Below are positions 38,660 to 51,719 of a stretch of 64,000 nt of DNA, piece after piece. Source of the stretch: Mobula hypostoma (Eukaryota); assembly GCF_963921235.1 (NCBI RefSeq), contig NC_086100.1:203176001-203240000 (forward strand), in the 5' to 3' direction. The notes beneath the pieces are model-generated. The model made no database searches. It had not been told where the DNA came from and worked only from the letters and a program-made list of their open reading frames with translations. Positions within the stretch are counted from its first letter, which is position 1; each line of letters begins with the position of its first letter. The position numbers and the translations under genes are program-made.

Positions 38660-39383
38660 TCGTCAATTCCGGGAGAAAATTATTAAAAAAACACAAGTCA
38701 AGAGATGGATACAAGAACATTTCCCAGTCACTGAATATCCTTTGAAGTACAGTTAAATCAATCATCACAAAATGGAAAAAATAAGGCACAGCTGTAAAAC
38801 TGCAAAGAGCAGGCTGTCCTCAAAAAACAGGAGATCGTGCAAAAAGGGGACGAGTGATGGAGGGCACCAAGAGACTTATGATAACTCGGAAGGAGTTACA
38901 ATATTCAGCGCCGAGAGGGGAGAGACTACACATACAACTGTTGTCTGGGTGCTTCACCAATTTTCTTGCTTTGCAATAACCTTTTCAAGGAATGTTGTTT
39001 TGTCTTCATGGTGTAGTGTTTGCCTCGACACAGACTCAGCAGCAATTGGACCTGGTGTATTTTTACGACAGTCAGTTGAAACATCCTGACTGCTGACTGC
39101 ACAGAGAGATCTCCATCTAACTCATTATCGGAATTCTAAAACCAATTGCAACCAACTGGCTACACCAGTGATGATTTGGTGTGTCCCATTAAAGGGGGTG
39201 AATACTTATACAATGGATTATATTCATTTTATCACTTTGTAGATATCATTTTCATTTTGACACGAAAGTCTTTCTTTTATTCAGTGTCAAAAAAGCCAAA
39301 TTAAACCAGTGTGAATTAAATTTGTAAAATAATAAAACATGGAAACTTCGAAGGTGGGTATGAAGACTTTTTTTTAGGATCTG
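38660..39383 (+). mobile_element. Degenerate Tc1/mariner remnant (paralog of 17480-18187)
   Basis: gggggtgaatactt motif; collinear with 17480-18187. Confidence 0.65.
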
Positions 39384-40000
39384 TAACAGTGGAACCGATG
39401 TTGTCCTTGATCCTGGCACTGTGTGTTCTCACTCCTTTTTGTCTGCTGCCCAATGGAAGTTGTGAGAAGAGATGATGACAGGGGTGAGAAAGGTCTTTGA
39501 TCAGGTTAACTGCCTTCCTGGGGCAGCAGAAATTGCAGATGGAATCAATGGGTGGGAGGAACGATTCTCTGATAGACAGGGCTGTTTTCACAAAGTCCTC
39601 CTCTGATATGAGTTCACACATTGCCAGAGCTCACTCATCCGGACTGAACATCATTTACCATTCTTCGGCCTACTCACCAAGCTGATCAAAAATCTCTTGT
39701 ATCAGTATCAAGAATCGGGTTTATATCACCGGCATGTGTTGTGAAATCTGAAAAGGGTTACGATCAGGCAGGAGGTACAGAAGCCTGAAGACTCACACTC
39801 AGCGATTCAGGAACAGCGTCTTACCTTCTGCCATTCGATTCCTAAATGGTCATTGAACCCTGCGCAGTACCGCAAATGTAAATATATATTATTTCCGTTT
39901 TTCCATGATTTTTATCTTTTCAATATACGTACATACTGTATTATTATTATTATTATTATTATTGTTGTTTTATTTTGTGTTTTTTTTTCTCTTCTATATC

Positions 40001-40796
40001 TGTCATGGTCCGGATCGGGCTCCTTTTAAATTTACAGGGTTTGTGTTACGATCCGGACTGTTGACTCTCTGTTTTCCTTTGGTTCCCCGTTTTCCCGTTT
40101 CCCTAGGGCTTGGTGATTAGAGGCAATTTACTCTCGGCTGAATCGGCAGTTTAATAGTCTCCAACTTTCAGCTGTTCTGCGCAAGAGCGTTAACAAATTC
40201 ACCGAAGGTAGTGTGAGCCAATGCCATTGGCCGGATCCAACTAAGTTTCTTGCCGGAGCAAACCTGGTCTCCTCCCGAAGCAAGTGCCAGCAAGCCGCCT
40301 TCCCTTGCCAGAGCGGGTCAGTCAAAGTTAACCCGCCGGGGTGAGTCAAGAGCTCGCCGCGTACTTGTGCCCAGTTATAGTACCGTCCATCGTTGTGTGG
40401 TCTCCGTATCAATGTCCTGCGTCTAAAAGGGGTCCGGCCCTGTACCCTGGAAGGGTCCTGCCAAGCAGCGTCCCGACTCCGTCCTCTGACTGAGGAGGAT
40501 TTCCGGTTTGATGTTTTATGTCCGGTGTCTGAGTCTGTCCAATAAATAAGGAGTCCCGACTCCGTCCCTGGCTCTGGAGATTTCAAGTATCAATTCCTGG
40601 CTCGGAGGTCCGTGTTCCGATTCCTAGCCCAGACCGTTAGTCCCCGCCTAGTCCAGGGCCTGAGTCCTTGTCCATTAGGCTATTCCCGCTTCTGCTTTGC
40701 TCTCCTTGTGACGAGCAATAAACTCGATTTAGTTAAATTCACCAGACGTGTTTGTGTCTTGCATTTGCGTCCACCCTTGCTCCCAAACTTGTGACA
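40001..40796 (+). mobile_element. Solo LTR (796 bp), probably Gypsy/Ty3-type
   Basis: TGTCA...TGACA inverted termini. Perfect 5-bp TSD ATATC (39996-40000, 40797-40801). AATAAA at ~40717. Confidence 0.88.
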
Positions 40797-40967
40797 ATAT
40801 CATGTTTTGTATTAAACTGCTACTGCTAAGCTAACAAATTCCACGGCACATACTGGTGATAATACAGCGGATTCTGATTTGCCAACTTACCAGCAGCAGT
40901 TCATGATAATGTAGAAAGGAAAAAAAAAGACAAGTAAAACAATAACAGTAACTATATATGCATATTT

Positions 40968-41281
40968 TGTGTTGGTGCATGGCCAAGTGGTTAAGGCGTC
41001 GGTCTAGTGATCTGAAGGTCGCTAGTTCGAGCCTCAGCTGAGGCAGCATGTTGTGTCCTTGAGCAAGGTGCTTAACCACACATTGCTCTGCGATGGCACC
41101 AGTGCCAAGCTGTATCAGTGTCCCAGTGCCCTTCCCTTGGACAACATCGGTGGCATGGAGAAGGGAAACTTGCAGTATGGGCAACTGCCAGTCTTCCATA
41201 CAACCTTGCCCAAGCCTGCAACCTGGAAACCTTCCAAGGTGCAAATCCATGGTCTCACGAGACTAACGGATGCCTAAAAAA
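40968..41281 (+). mobile_element. tRNA-derived SINE with CORE-like central domain
   Basis: A box TGGCCAAGTGG, B box GTTCGAGCC, then gtgtccttgagcaaggtgcttaac. Short A tail. TSD atgcatattt (40958-40967, 41282-41291). Confidence 0.88.
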
Positions 41282-41766
41282 ATGCATATTTAAATGATGT
41301 AATTTACTGCAAATACAGAAATAATATATATTATAAAAGTGAGGTCGTGTTCATGGATTCAATTTTCCATTTAGGAATTGTATGACAGAGGGGAAGAAGC
41401 TGTTCCTGATTCACTGAGTGTGCACCTTCAGCTTCTATACTTCGTTCATGCCCCGAACAATGAGAAGAGGGCATGTGTTGGGTGATAGAAATCCTTCATT
41501 ATTGACGTCGCCTTTCTGATGCGCCGCTTCTCGACAATGCCTTGGATTGTACGGAGGCTGGTACCCAAGATGGAGCTGACTTATTTTACAACTTCTGGAG
41601 GCTTCTTTTGGTCCTGTGAAGTAGCGGCCCCCTAATCCCCACCAAAGAGTGATTCAGCTTGTCAGAACACTCTTCACTGTACATTTATAGAGGTTGCTAA
41701 GTGTTTTAATCGAAAAACCACATCTCTTCAAACTCTAATGAAGTATAGCTGCTGTCTTGTCTTCTT

Positions 41767-41912
41767 GGAACTCAGCAGGTCGGGCAGCATCCGTGGAAAA
41801 GATCGGTCGACATTTCAGGCCGGCGGCTTTTCCACAGATGCTGCCCGACCTGCTGAGTTCCTCCAGCGTGTCCTGAGTGTTGCTTTGACCCCAGCATCTG
41901 CAGATTATTTTG
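41767..41912. mobile_element. Foldback PLE-end element with 14-bp TSD
   Basis: 35-bp inverted arms 41767-41801 and 41827-41861 (1 mismatch). TSD tgtcttgtcttctt at 41753-41766 and 41913-41926. Confidence 0.85.
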
Positions 41913-44900
41913 TGTCTTGTCTTCTTTATAGCTGCATTGTTATTTTGGTACAAAGATAGATCCTCAGAGTTCTTGACTCCCAGGAACTTGAAATTGCTCA
42001 CTCTCTCCTATTCTGTTCCTCTGTAAGGATTGTTTCGTGTTCATTCACAACATGAAGGCCCATCTCCTGTACTTCAAACTCTAACCGATGAATGCCTTCT
42101 TCACTACCCTATCTACACTTTCAGAGAACTATGTTCTTGTAATCCTTGGTCTTTCTGTTCCCCAGCACCCTTGAGGACCCGACCAGTTGCCACAGATACA
42201 CCTGTTGGTGCCCCTGCTTAAATAGTTTTCTGTCACTGAGGCTCACTCAGAACATTGAACGGTACCGTATAGGAACAGGTCCTTCTTCCCACAATGTCCA
42301 TGCTGAACACAAGGTCCGTGCTAAACTAAGTTTCTTCTCTCTCTTTAATGTCACTATCATATCTGCTTTCATCATGCTCCATGGCAGCCCATTCCAGGCC
42401 CCAACATTCTATAAATAAAACTGACCTACTAGTTGACCCGCACATCATCTTTAAATTATTATCCTGTCACTTCAAAGGCAGCCTTCTTCAATTCGACATA
42501 TCCACCCTGGGAAATGATTCTGACTGCTTACCTTATCTACAACTCTCATAGTTTTATAAACTTCCGTCAGGTCTCCCATCAGCCGCCTTCACTCCAGCGA
42601 AAACAGTCCCAGTGTGTCTGATCTTTACTTGACACAGAAGGCCCCAGTCTAGGCAATATTCCTGTTAATCTTTTCTTCACCTTTTGATCTTCGTCACTTC
42701 TTTCCTTATTGTGATGAACAGAACTGCACAGCTTACTGCAGCTGTGGTGTAATTAATAATTTGTACAAATGTAATGCGATTTTGCAACACCTCTGCTGCC
42801 AAAGGAAAGCATGCTGTTCACCCACTTCACAACTTGTCCACCTGTGCTGCAACCTTCAGGGAACTGTGTTCCTTTTTACCAAGATCTCTCTGTTCACTAA
42901 CACTCCCCATGACACTGCCATTCACTGTGTATTTCCTGGCCAGTTTTAACTTCCCAAAATCCATCACTGTGCATTTGTTTGACACTGCAACAAAACTTTT
43001 CCATTTCCCTCCACAAACTACACAGAAATGTATGTCCATTCTTAGTTCACTGCTCCTATATGCTGTTTCTGTGTAACTTGTACAACAGAACATCTGGACC
43101 CCTCTGTACTTCACTTGTGCTGTTACTCTGCACATAAATAATAGTCTGCCTTTTGGTTCTTTCCACCACTGAACACGCCATCACTGTTTATCATATTAAC
43201 CTCCATTTTCCAAGTATTCTCTCTTTTATCCTGCCTCTCTTTCTCCTGATGCAGAGACCAAATGTTCCATCACAACATTACCCCCACCACAATCTCTGAT
43301 ATCTCAGCCTTGGATCCCTCAAACTCTGCCCCCCTGTCCGGGTGATTAATATTGATTGTGAATAATTGATGTCCCTCTACGTACCCCTGCTTCCTTAGAC
43401 AAAACATTACCACCCCCCAGTTCACGATGATTTTAATATTAATAGTGTATAGCTGAGGGTCCAGAACTGATTCAGGGGATATTCCAGTGGTTACATCCTC
43501 CCATCCTGAAACAAACCTGTTCATTAAGTTTCTGTCTTCTATATGAAAACCAGAAGTTCCTTGTGAACTCGTCTTGAGATTCCTGGTGTCGGGCACAGCC
43601 TTTCATGTGGCACCTTGTTAGACGCCTTCTGAAAATCTAAGTCTACCACATCTACAGGTTCCCTTCTGACATCCAGAAAGACTTTTCATGTTAATCAAAC
43701 ATGAATTCTCTTTCACTCAATGAGATGACAGGGTCTCAAGTTGGGTCAAAGATAGACATGTTGTTGATGAAACCTTTTGGCACGCTGGCCTCAATCAGTC
43801 AATGCATTGGGATAGAGGTTGGGGTGTTGTGTTGGAGTTGTGTAAGATGTGAGGTCACATTGAAATATCGTCTTTAGTTTTGGTCACAGTTTGACAGGAA
43901 AGATGCCATTAAGCTGGAAACGAGGCAGGGGAAGTTTACAAGATCAATATTTGGACAGAAATGATTGAGTTATGTGCAGTTTAGGATTATTTTCCTTGGA
44001 ATGTGGGAGAATGAGGGGCCAATATTATGGAGGTGTATGAAACAACAAAGGTCATAGATACTGTGAATGCACAGAGATTTTTTAACAGGGATGTGGAATC
44101 AAGAACTAGGACACCAGATGGTTGAAGGCAGAGATCGAATGGGAATATGTTGCTCTATGTCCTTCAGTCAGACGGTGATCAGTTTCGCACATCACGCCCA
44201 CTGGGGCATAGACCATTGACCCGAGATCTCTGTGCTGTGACAGTGTCTCAAACTCTCCGCAGGTGCAGCCTGTCTTCGTGGTGGATACAACCTTTCTCAG
44301 GTATGAAGGCTATGGAGCTTCTGTAACTCTTGTTTTTGTGTGGGATTGGGTTGTTGGGGTTCAGATGTCCAACTCTACTCCATTTGAATCTGGGTTCGGA
44401 CAGTGCTGGAACATTGAATATGTTTGAATACTGATGTCGCTCTCCCGGTCAGCTTGCAATAATCTCCCTGTAATGGCTGTAGGATCAAACACGTTTCTCA
44501 CAATACAATTCATTGATTCACCCTATTCATACCCTTCATAATTTTGTATACCTCGGTCAAATCTCCCCTCATTCTCAGACGCTTCAGGTAATAAGGGTAA
44601 AATGCCTTGAGATAATTCTTGATCCTGCTCACCAAGGATGTTTTATGTCCCCTTTTTGTTTTTTCTAATCTTCCGTTTGAGCAATTTTCTGCTATCTTTG
44701 TATTTAATGAGGCTCCAGTCGGATTTAGCTTCCTGAATCCCTTTAATTGTGCTGTAGAAGCCTCCAGTAGCACAGTTCTGCGTGTACATGCAGCTCATTC
44801 CTGAGACCATATTTCATTTTCTCCTCACAATCTGGTTTTACACTGAGACCAACTGTACCCTTGTCGTCCAGCTGCTGTGTCTGAGGAGGGCGCACTGCAC

Positions 44901-46845
44901 TGTTCTTGGTCCCGGGGAAGGACTGACATCACTTTCACCGACTCCTCAATTGTTTCTTTGTAGAGTGGAAACGTATTCCTTACAATTCTTGAGCAAGCTG
45001 GTATCAGTAAAACCAGGGAATCCTTCCGCATGAACCCAGTGTCTGAGGGAGTTTCACTGGAGTGCTGTCTTTCAGTTCTGTCATGCATATACCATTGGAA
45101 ATTGTTGGATGTGTTAAAGTGAAGATGGAGTTTGAAGATGAGTGGCCGTTCCCTGCAGTCCGTCAATCTGACTCTGTCTCACCCTCTTCCCAAGTCTGTC
45201 TGTCTGCACCTTCCTTGGGCAGTTCAAGGTGCTGTGTATAAAAGGTGACAGCAGCAGTCAGTCCGTCACTGAGTATCCGTCTGAGTGAGGCAGCATCATG
45301 TTTGGTGAAGGTAAAGAAGGCAAAGGTGGGGCCGGTACTTTTAAGTGCTGTGTGCTAATATGCAGTGAAACATCAAACCAGCCATTTGCCCCAGGCTCCT
45401 ACTGTCACAGTTCAGGCCACAGCAGCACATGCTGAGGGACACACTGAGGCTTGGTGCAGTCACGCAGGGGCATTGTGCTGAATGACCACAGAGTAGGTCT
45501 GTTCTTGTACTGGAGACTGAGGGGCTGGCTTGGGTGAGGAATCCCTCAATTATTGCATTTGTAAACCATCCCTTTGTGTCACATTAGTGGCAGCAGAGCT
45601 ACTAAGTGATGTGTAGTAATGTAATAGAACACTACTCAAAGCATGAACTTTCAATTGTAAAAATGAAAAGGCTTTGCATAGTTTATTCTTGTCACTTTTA
45701 TTGTGAATAAAGTTTGCATTGTTAATGATCTGCACCTGACTGTGTATCTGTAGAGTGATGTGACTGTAGATGTGTATCGTCTAGCTCTCATCAGCCTCCT
45801 CAGAAAGTGCATATCTGTATTGTAATACATTTGCCACTCTGTGGCCCTCTTCCCCAAATGATCAGGGTCTCTCTGTATTCTCTCATAACCTTCAAAACTG
45901 GCATTTAACTCTCTAATCTTCCGGACCCAATGTCAATTTGCACGTGGCTCAGGTGGTAATGCAAAGATTACCACCTTTGTGGTTTTGTATTTTAATTTTG
46001 TCCCTTCCTGCTCAAATTCCCTTCACAGAACCTCTTTCCTCATTCTACCTATGTCGTAGGTACACACCTGGACCACCACAACTGGACCTTTCCCCTCCCA
46101 CTGCAAGTTCTTCTACAGGGCAGATACCCGGGCACCAGGCAGGCAACACAGCCAATCTGTGACTGTGGTACAAGTTCTTCGACCATTTCCAGTATACATC
46201 AGTAAGCAGGGGCTCCCTCATGTTCAGGTGTAACTTGCAGGCTAGTCGTGTGAAGGAGCAGCTGACATCTATTTTATTTGATCCATCAGCACAAAAATAA
46301 TTCCGGAGATTGTTCAGTGGAGTAGAATAATGAACTGAAAATATGAAAAGAGGTGCAGCTTGTATTCAGTGATGCAGATAACGTAACACCCCGGGGAACA
46401 TAAAAATATCGAGTCTACATCACTTACAGCTTTATACAACTACTTCTTTTTCTGATCTTGCATACTGGCAAGAACATAATAAATATAATTCTTAAAATAT
46501 CCCGCATGGGGGTGAACATACATATAACATAGTTAAACACTCAAAACTATTGTGAGGAGTACTGCAAACAAACGTTCAGTTTAAGTCGCTCCAACTGGAA
46601 TGTGCACAACAACAAAGAGAATTATTGCACATCAGAAATCAGATGAATTGTAGTCAGAAACAGATGTAGTTAATCCGTTGTAGTTCAGCACATGCAGAGA
46701 TATGGGATACGCCACATGTTGGTATAAAATGAAAATAGCACGTTATTATTAAAGGTTTTGCAATAATTTTAATTGCTGTTCTAATAGGAGTAATCATTCC
46801 AAGGAAGATTTCTCTGCAGATGGGGAAAGATGTGAAGCACCAACT

Positions 46846-49500
46846 TGAGGATGTGGAGTCAATATGGGTAGAGCTGCATAACACTAAGGGGCAAAAAACG
46901 CTGGTGGGAGTTGTGTACAGGCCAGCTATCAGAAGTAGTGAGGTTGGGGATGGCATTAAACAGGAAATTAGAAATGCGTGCAATAAAGGAACAGCAGTTA
47001 TAATGGGTGACTTCAATCTACATATAGATTGGGTGAACCAGATTGGTAAGGGTGCTGAGGAAGAGGATTTCTTGGAATGTATGCGGGATGGTTTTCTGAA
47101 CCAACATGTTGAGGAACCAAATAGACAGCAGGCCATTCTAGACTAGGTATTGAGCAATGAGGAAGGGTTAGTTAGCAATCTTGTTGTGAGAGGCCACTTA
47201 GGTAAGAGTGACCATAATATGGTGGAATTCTTCATTAAGATGGAGAGTGACATAGTTAATTCAGAAACAAAGGTTCTGAACTTAAAGAAGGGGAACTTTG
47301 AAGGTATGAGACATGAATTAGCTAAGATAGACTGGCAAACGATACTTAAAGGGTTGACAATGGATATGCAATGGCAAGCATTTAAAGATCGCATGGATGA
47401 ATTACAACAATTGTTCATCCCAGTTTGGCAAAATAATAAACCAGGGAAGGTAGTGCACCCGTGGCTGACAAGGGTAATTAGGGACAGTATCAATTCCAAA
47501 GAAGAAACATACAAATTAGCCAGAAAAAGCGGCTCACCTGAGGACTGGGAGAAATTCAGAGTTCAGCAGAGGAGGACAAAGGGCTTAATTAGGAAAGGGA
47601 AAAAGGATTATGAGAGAAAACTGGCAGGGAACATAAAAACTGACTGTAAAAGCTTTTATAGATACGTGAAAAGAAAAAGATTGGTTAAGATAAATGTAGG
47701 TCCCTTACAGTCAGAAACAGTTGAATTGATCATGGGGAACAAGGACATGGCAGACCAATTGAATAACTACTTTGGTGCTGCCTTCACTAAGGAGGACATA
47801 AATAATCTTCCAGAAACAGTAGAGGACAGAGGGTCCAGTGAGATGGAGGAACTGAGGGAAATACATGTTAGTAGGGAAGTGGTGTTAGGTAATTTGAAGG
47901 GATTGAAGGCAGATAAATCCCCAGGGCCAGATGGTCTGCATCCTAGAGTGCTAAAGGAAGTAGCCCAAGAAATAGTGGATGCATTAGTGATAATTTTTCA
48001 AAACTCTTTAGATTCTGGACTAGTTCCTGAGGATCGGAGGGTGGCTAATGTAACCCCACTTTTTTAAAAAAAGGAGGGAGAGCGAAACCGGGGAATTATA
48101 GACCTGTTAGCATAACATCGGTGGTGGGGAAAATGCTAGAGTCAGTTATCAAAGATGTGATAACAGCACATTTGGAAAGTGGTGAAATCATCGGACAAAG
48201 TCAGCATGGATTTGTGAAAGGAAAATCATGTCTGACGAATCTGATAGAATTTTTTGATGATGTAACTAGTAGAGTGGATAGGGGAGAACCAGTGGATGTG
48301 GTATATTTGGATTTTCAAAAGGCAGGCTTTTGACAAGGTCCCACACAGGAGATTAGTGTGCAAACTTAAAGCACATGGTATTGGGGGTATGGTATTGATG
48401 TGGATAGAGAATTGGTTGGCAGACAGGAAGCAAAGAGTGGGAATAAACGGAACCTTTTCAGAATGGCAGGCAGTAACTAATGGGGTACCTCAAGGCTCAG
48501 TGCTGGGACCCCAGTTGTTTATAATATATATTAATGACTTAGATGAGGGAATTAAATGCAGCATCTCCAAGTTTGCGGATGACACAAAGCTGGGCGGCAG
48601 TGTTAGCTGTGAGGAGGATGCTAAGAGGATGCAGGGTGATTTGGATAGGTTAGGTGAGTGGGCAAATTCGTGGCAGATGCAATTTAATGTGGATAAATGT
48701 GAGGTTATCCACTTTGGTGGCAAAAACAGGAAAACAGTTTATTAACCGAATGGTGGCCGATTAGGAAAAGGGGAGGTGCAACGAGACCTGGGTGTCATTA
48801 TACACCAGTCATTGAAAGTGGGCATGCAGGTACAGCAGGCGGTGAAAAAGGCGAATGGTATGCTGGCATTCATAGCAAGCAGATTCGAGTACAGGAGCAG
48901 GGAGGTACTACTGCAGTTGTACAAGGCCTTGGTGAGACCACACCTGGAGTATTGTGCAGTTTTGGTCCCCTAATCTGAGGAAAGACATCCTTGCCATAGA
49001 GGGAGTACAAAGAAGGTTCAGCAGATTGATTCCTGGGATGGCAGGACTTTCATATGAAGAAAGACTGGATGAATTGGGCTTGTACTCGTTGGAATTTAGA
49101 AGATTGAGGGGGGATCTGATTGAAACGTATAAGATCCTAAAGGGATTGGACAGGCTAGATGCAGCAAGATTGTTTCCGATGTTGGGGAAGTCCAGAACGA
49201 GGGGTCACAGTTTGAGGATAGAGGGGAAGCCTTTTAGGACCGAGATGAGGAAAAACTTCTTCACACAGAGAGTGGTGAATCTGTGGAATTCTCTGCCACA
49301 GGAAACAGTTGAGGCGAGTTCATTGGCTATATTTAAGAGGGAGTTAGATATGGCCCTTGTGGCTAAAGGGATCAGCGGGTCTGGAGAGAAGGCAGGTACA
49401 CGGTTCTGAGTTGGATGATCAGCCATGATCATACTGAATGGCGGTGCAGGCTCGAAGGGCCAAATGGCCTACTCCTGCACCTATTTTCTATGTTTCTATG
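46846..49500 (+). mobile_element. CR1 LINE of the same subfamily as 9124-12185, 5'-truncated in EN, with several stops and frameshifts
   Basis: ORFs 46820..49409 closely match the 967-aa ORF2. (TTTCTATG)2 tail. Confidence 0.95.
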
Positions 49501-51719
49501 TTGAAGAATCTGCCCGAAATCTCAAAAACAAATGGGGCATTGCAGAGAAAGCAGGAATTTAGCCAACTCGGTGGTGGAGGATTGAAAGTATGTCCGGACC
49601 CAGCATAAGTGACCAAATCATTAAATGAATATCTCACGTCAATATTTCCCAAAGATAAAGTGATGGGGTAGAAAGAAAACATCAGGAAGGATATGTTGAT
49701 GTTCCACACACTGCTGGGAGCATTGCTGGTGGATAGATCACCAGGACTGGATAGAATTCTTACCAGGTGTTTGAGTCAATGAGGCCAGATTGCAGATGGC
49801 AGGGGCTTTCACAGAGATATTTGTAGTCTATCTTGAGTTACACACGTTGCTGTAGAGGACTGCAGATGAGCCAATAATGTTCGCCATTTAACAGGGGCAA
49901 AAGAGCCCAACTAGGAAATTGTATAGTTGACACAAAAAATATTGGTGCAATTGTGATTATTGAGGAAGGTTGCAAAGGATTCAGCGGAACACAGACCAGC
50001 TGGAAATGTGGGAAGAGCAATGGCATATAATGTGTTGAACCCCTGGATGTGAAATTTTGGAGGATTTTCTTTTTCAGCATCTCTCTCTCTGTGGAGTAGC
50101 AAGAATGGTAGTTATACCAATGACACACTCTTCCTCAGGTTGTGAGAGGTCAGGGAGTCGGTCATTGACCCCTATAAATAAACATAAGGGATATGCACCA
50201 GCCGTAGCTCCTGACTGACCGTGTGAAGTAACTGGAGGTGGAGACCAGGGCTCATCTGGAAGAATGGGACCAGATCCCTGAGTGAGATGGTCACACCTAA
50301 GGTGAAGGATGCTGATAAGTTTAGTGAACACCAGGAGAGACAAGAGAAAGTGTCAGACAGTGCAGGGTTCCATGCTGGCTGCTCCCCTCACAACACGTAC
50401 ACATTTTGAATACTGACGTTGGTATGACCTGTCAGGGCACACCAGCTGCAGCCAGTCTGCTGGCACTGACAGTGTCTCTGATGTCCAGTCGCGGAGGACG
50501 GGATCAGTCTGGACAGTATTTGAGAGAAGACTCAAGGTTCTGTGGCTGTAAAAGGATGGTGTGTTTCCTCTTGAGGTCCAGGGTCAGGAACTTATCAGAG
50601 CAGATGTAAAAAATTTCTCAAGTGCTCCAGGTGCACATAACTAGGTAAAAATAAGATTGATCTTGTACACAGTGAACAGAGGGAATTACGAAAGAACTTA
50701 TAAAGCACAACTTCAAAAACAGTAATCTGTGGTTTGCACTCTGTCCCACATATTAGTGAGGTTAGAAATAGAATGATGATTCAGATGAATATGTGACTGA
50801 GAGGCTGATGCAGGGAGCAAGACTGAAGTTCTTGGATCACTGCAATTTCTTCCGTGGTAGAGTGACCTGTACACAAGAGATCGATTGCTTGTGAACTGAA
50901 GGTAGCCCAATATCGTGGAGATTTGCGAGTGATGCTCAGAATTGTATAAATAGGAGTGGTGGTCTGTGTGGCCCTGAGCAGCGGGTACTACTTTTGCCAA
51001 TGAGAGAAAGTTTCGTCAACAGGATAGACAGGAGCACAGACAAAGGAGAGGAAAGACAAATGTTTTACACTGCATTTTCTTCAGTGTCAGAGGCTTGACA
51101 TGTCAGGTGGATGAACTTGGGTGTGACTGACTCTGGGGAAAGCTGGATCACTTCTTTTTGCATGTAGGTCAATTAATGGGTGACAGAATTAACGGCTTTG
51201 TGGTGAAGTTTGCAGACTGTTCGAAGATAGGTGGAGGGCAGGTAGTGTTGGGGAAGCAGGGAATCTGCTGAATGACAAACAGATTGGGAGAATGGGCAAA
51301 GAAATGGAAGATGGAATATCGTGCAGGGAACTGAATGGTCATGCATACAAACAGTAATGGTTCAAAAATTTAAAAAAGCAGAGTTGCAAAGAGACTTGAC
51401 AGTCCTCCTGTAGGAATTGTTGAAAGCCCTATATAGAGTCGATGTGAAGAGGATGTTTCCAGTAGTGGGTGTGTCTAGGACCAGAGTGCACAGACGCAGA
51501 ATAGAGGGGTATCCACCCAGAACAGAAATGAAGAGGAACTGCTTACAAAGTGCATCATGAAACTGGAAATTTTTGTCACAGCAAGGTGTGGAGGCCAAGC
51601 CATTCAGTATAAAACGAGGGCTGATTGGTTTTAGGTTGGTCAATACATCAACGTGTTGTGGGGAAACATCAAGAGTATGCTGTTAGGAGGGATAAAATAA
51701 TCAACCATCATGGAATGGT

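Noticed and set aside
40973..41045. tRNA gene
   Set aside because: It is the head of a SINE: it continues into a CORE-like body and is bounded by a TSD.
44825..45550. Non-repetitive-looking stretch with a 113-aa minus-strand ORF and a TATAAAA at ~45237
   Set aside because: No recognisable domain or supportable exon structure; needs a database search.
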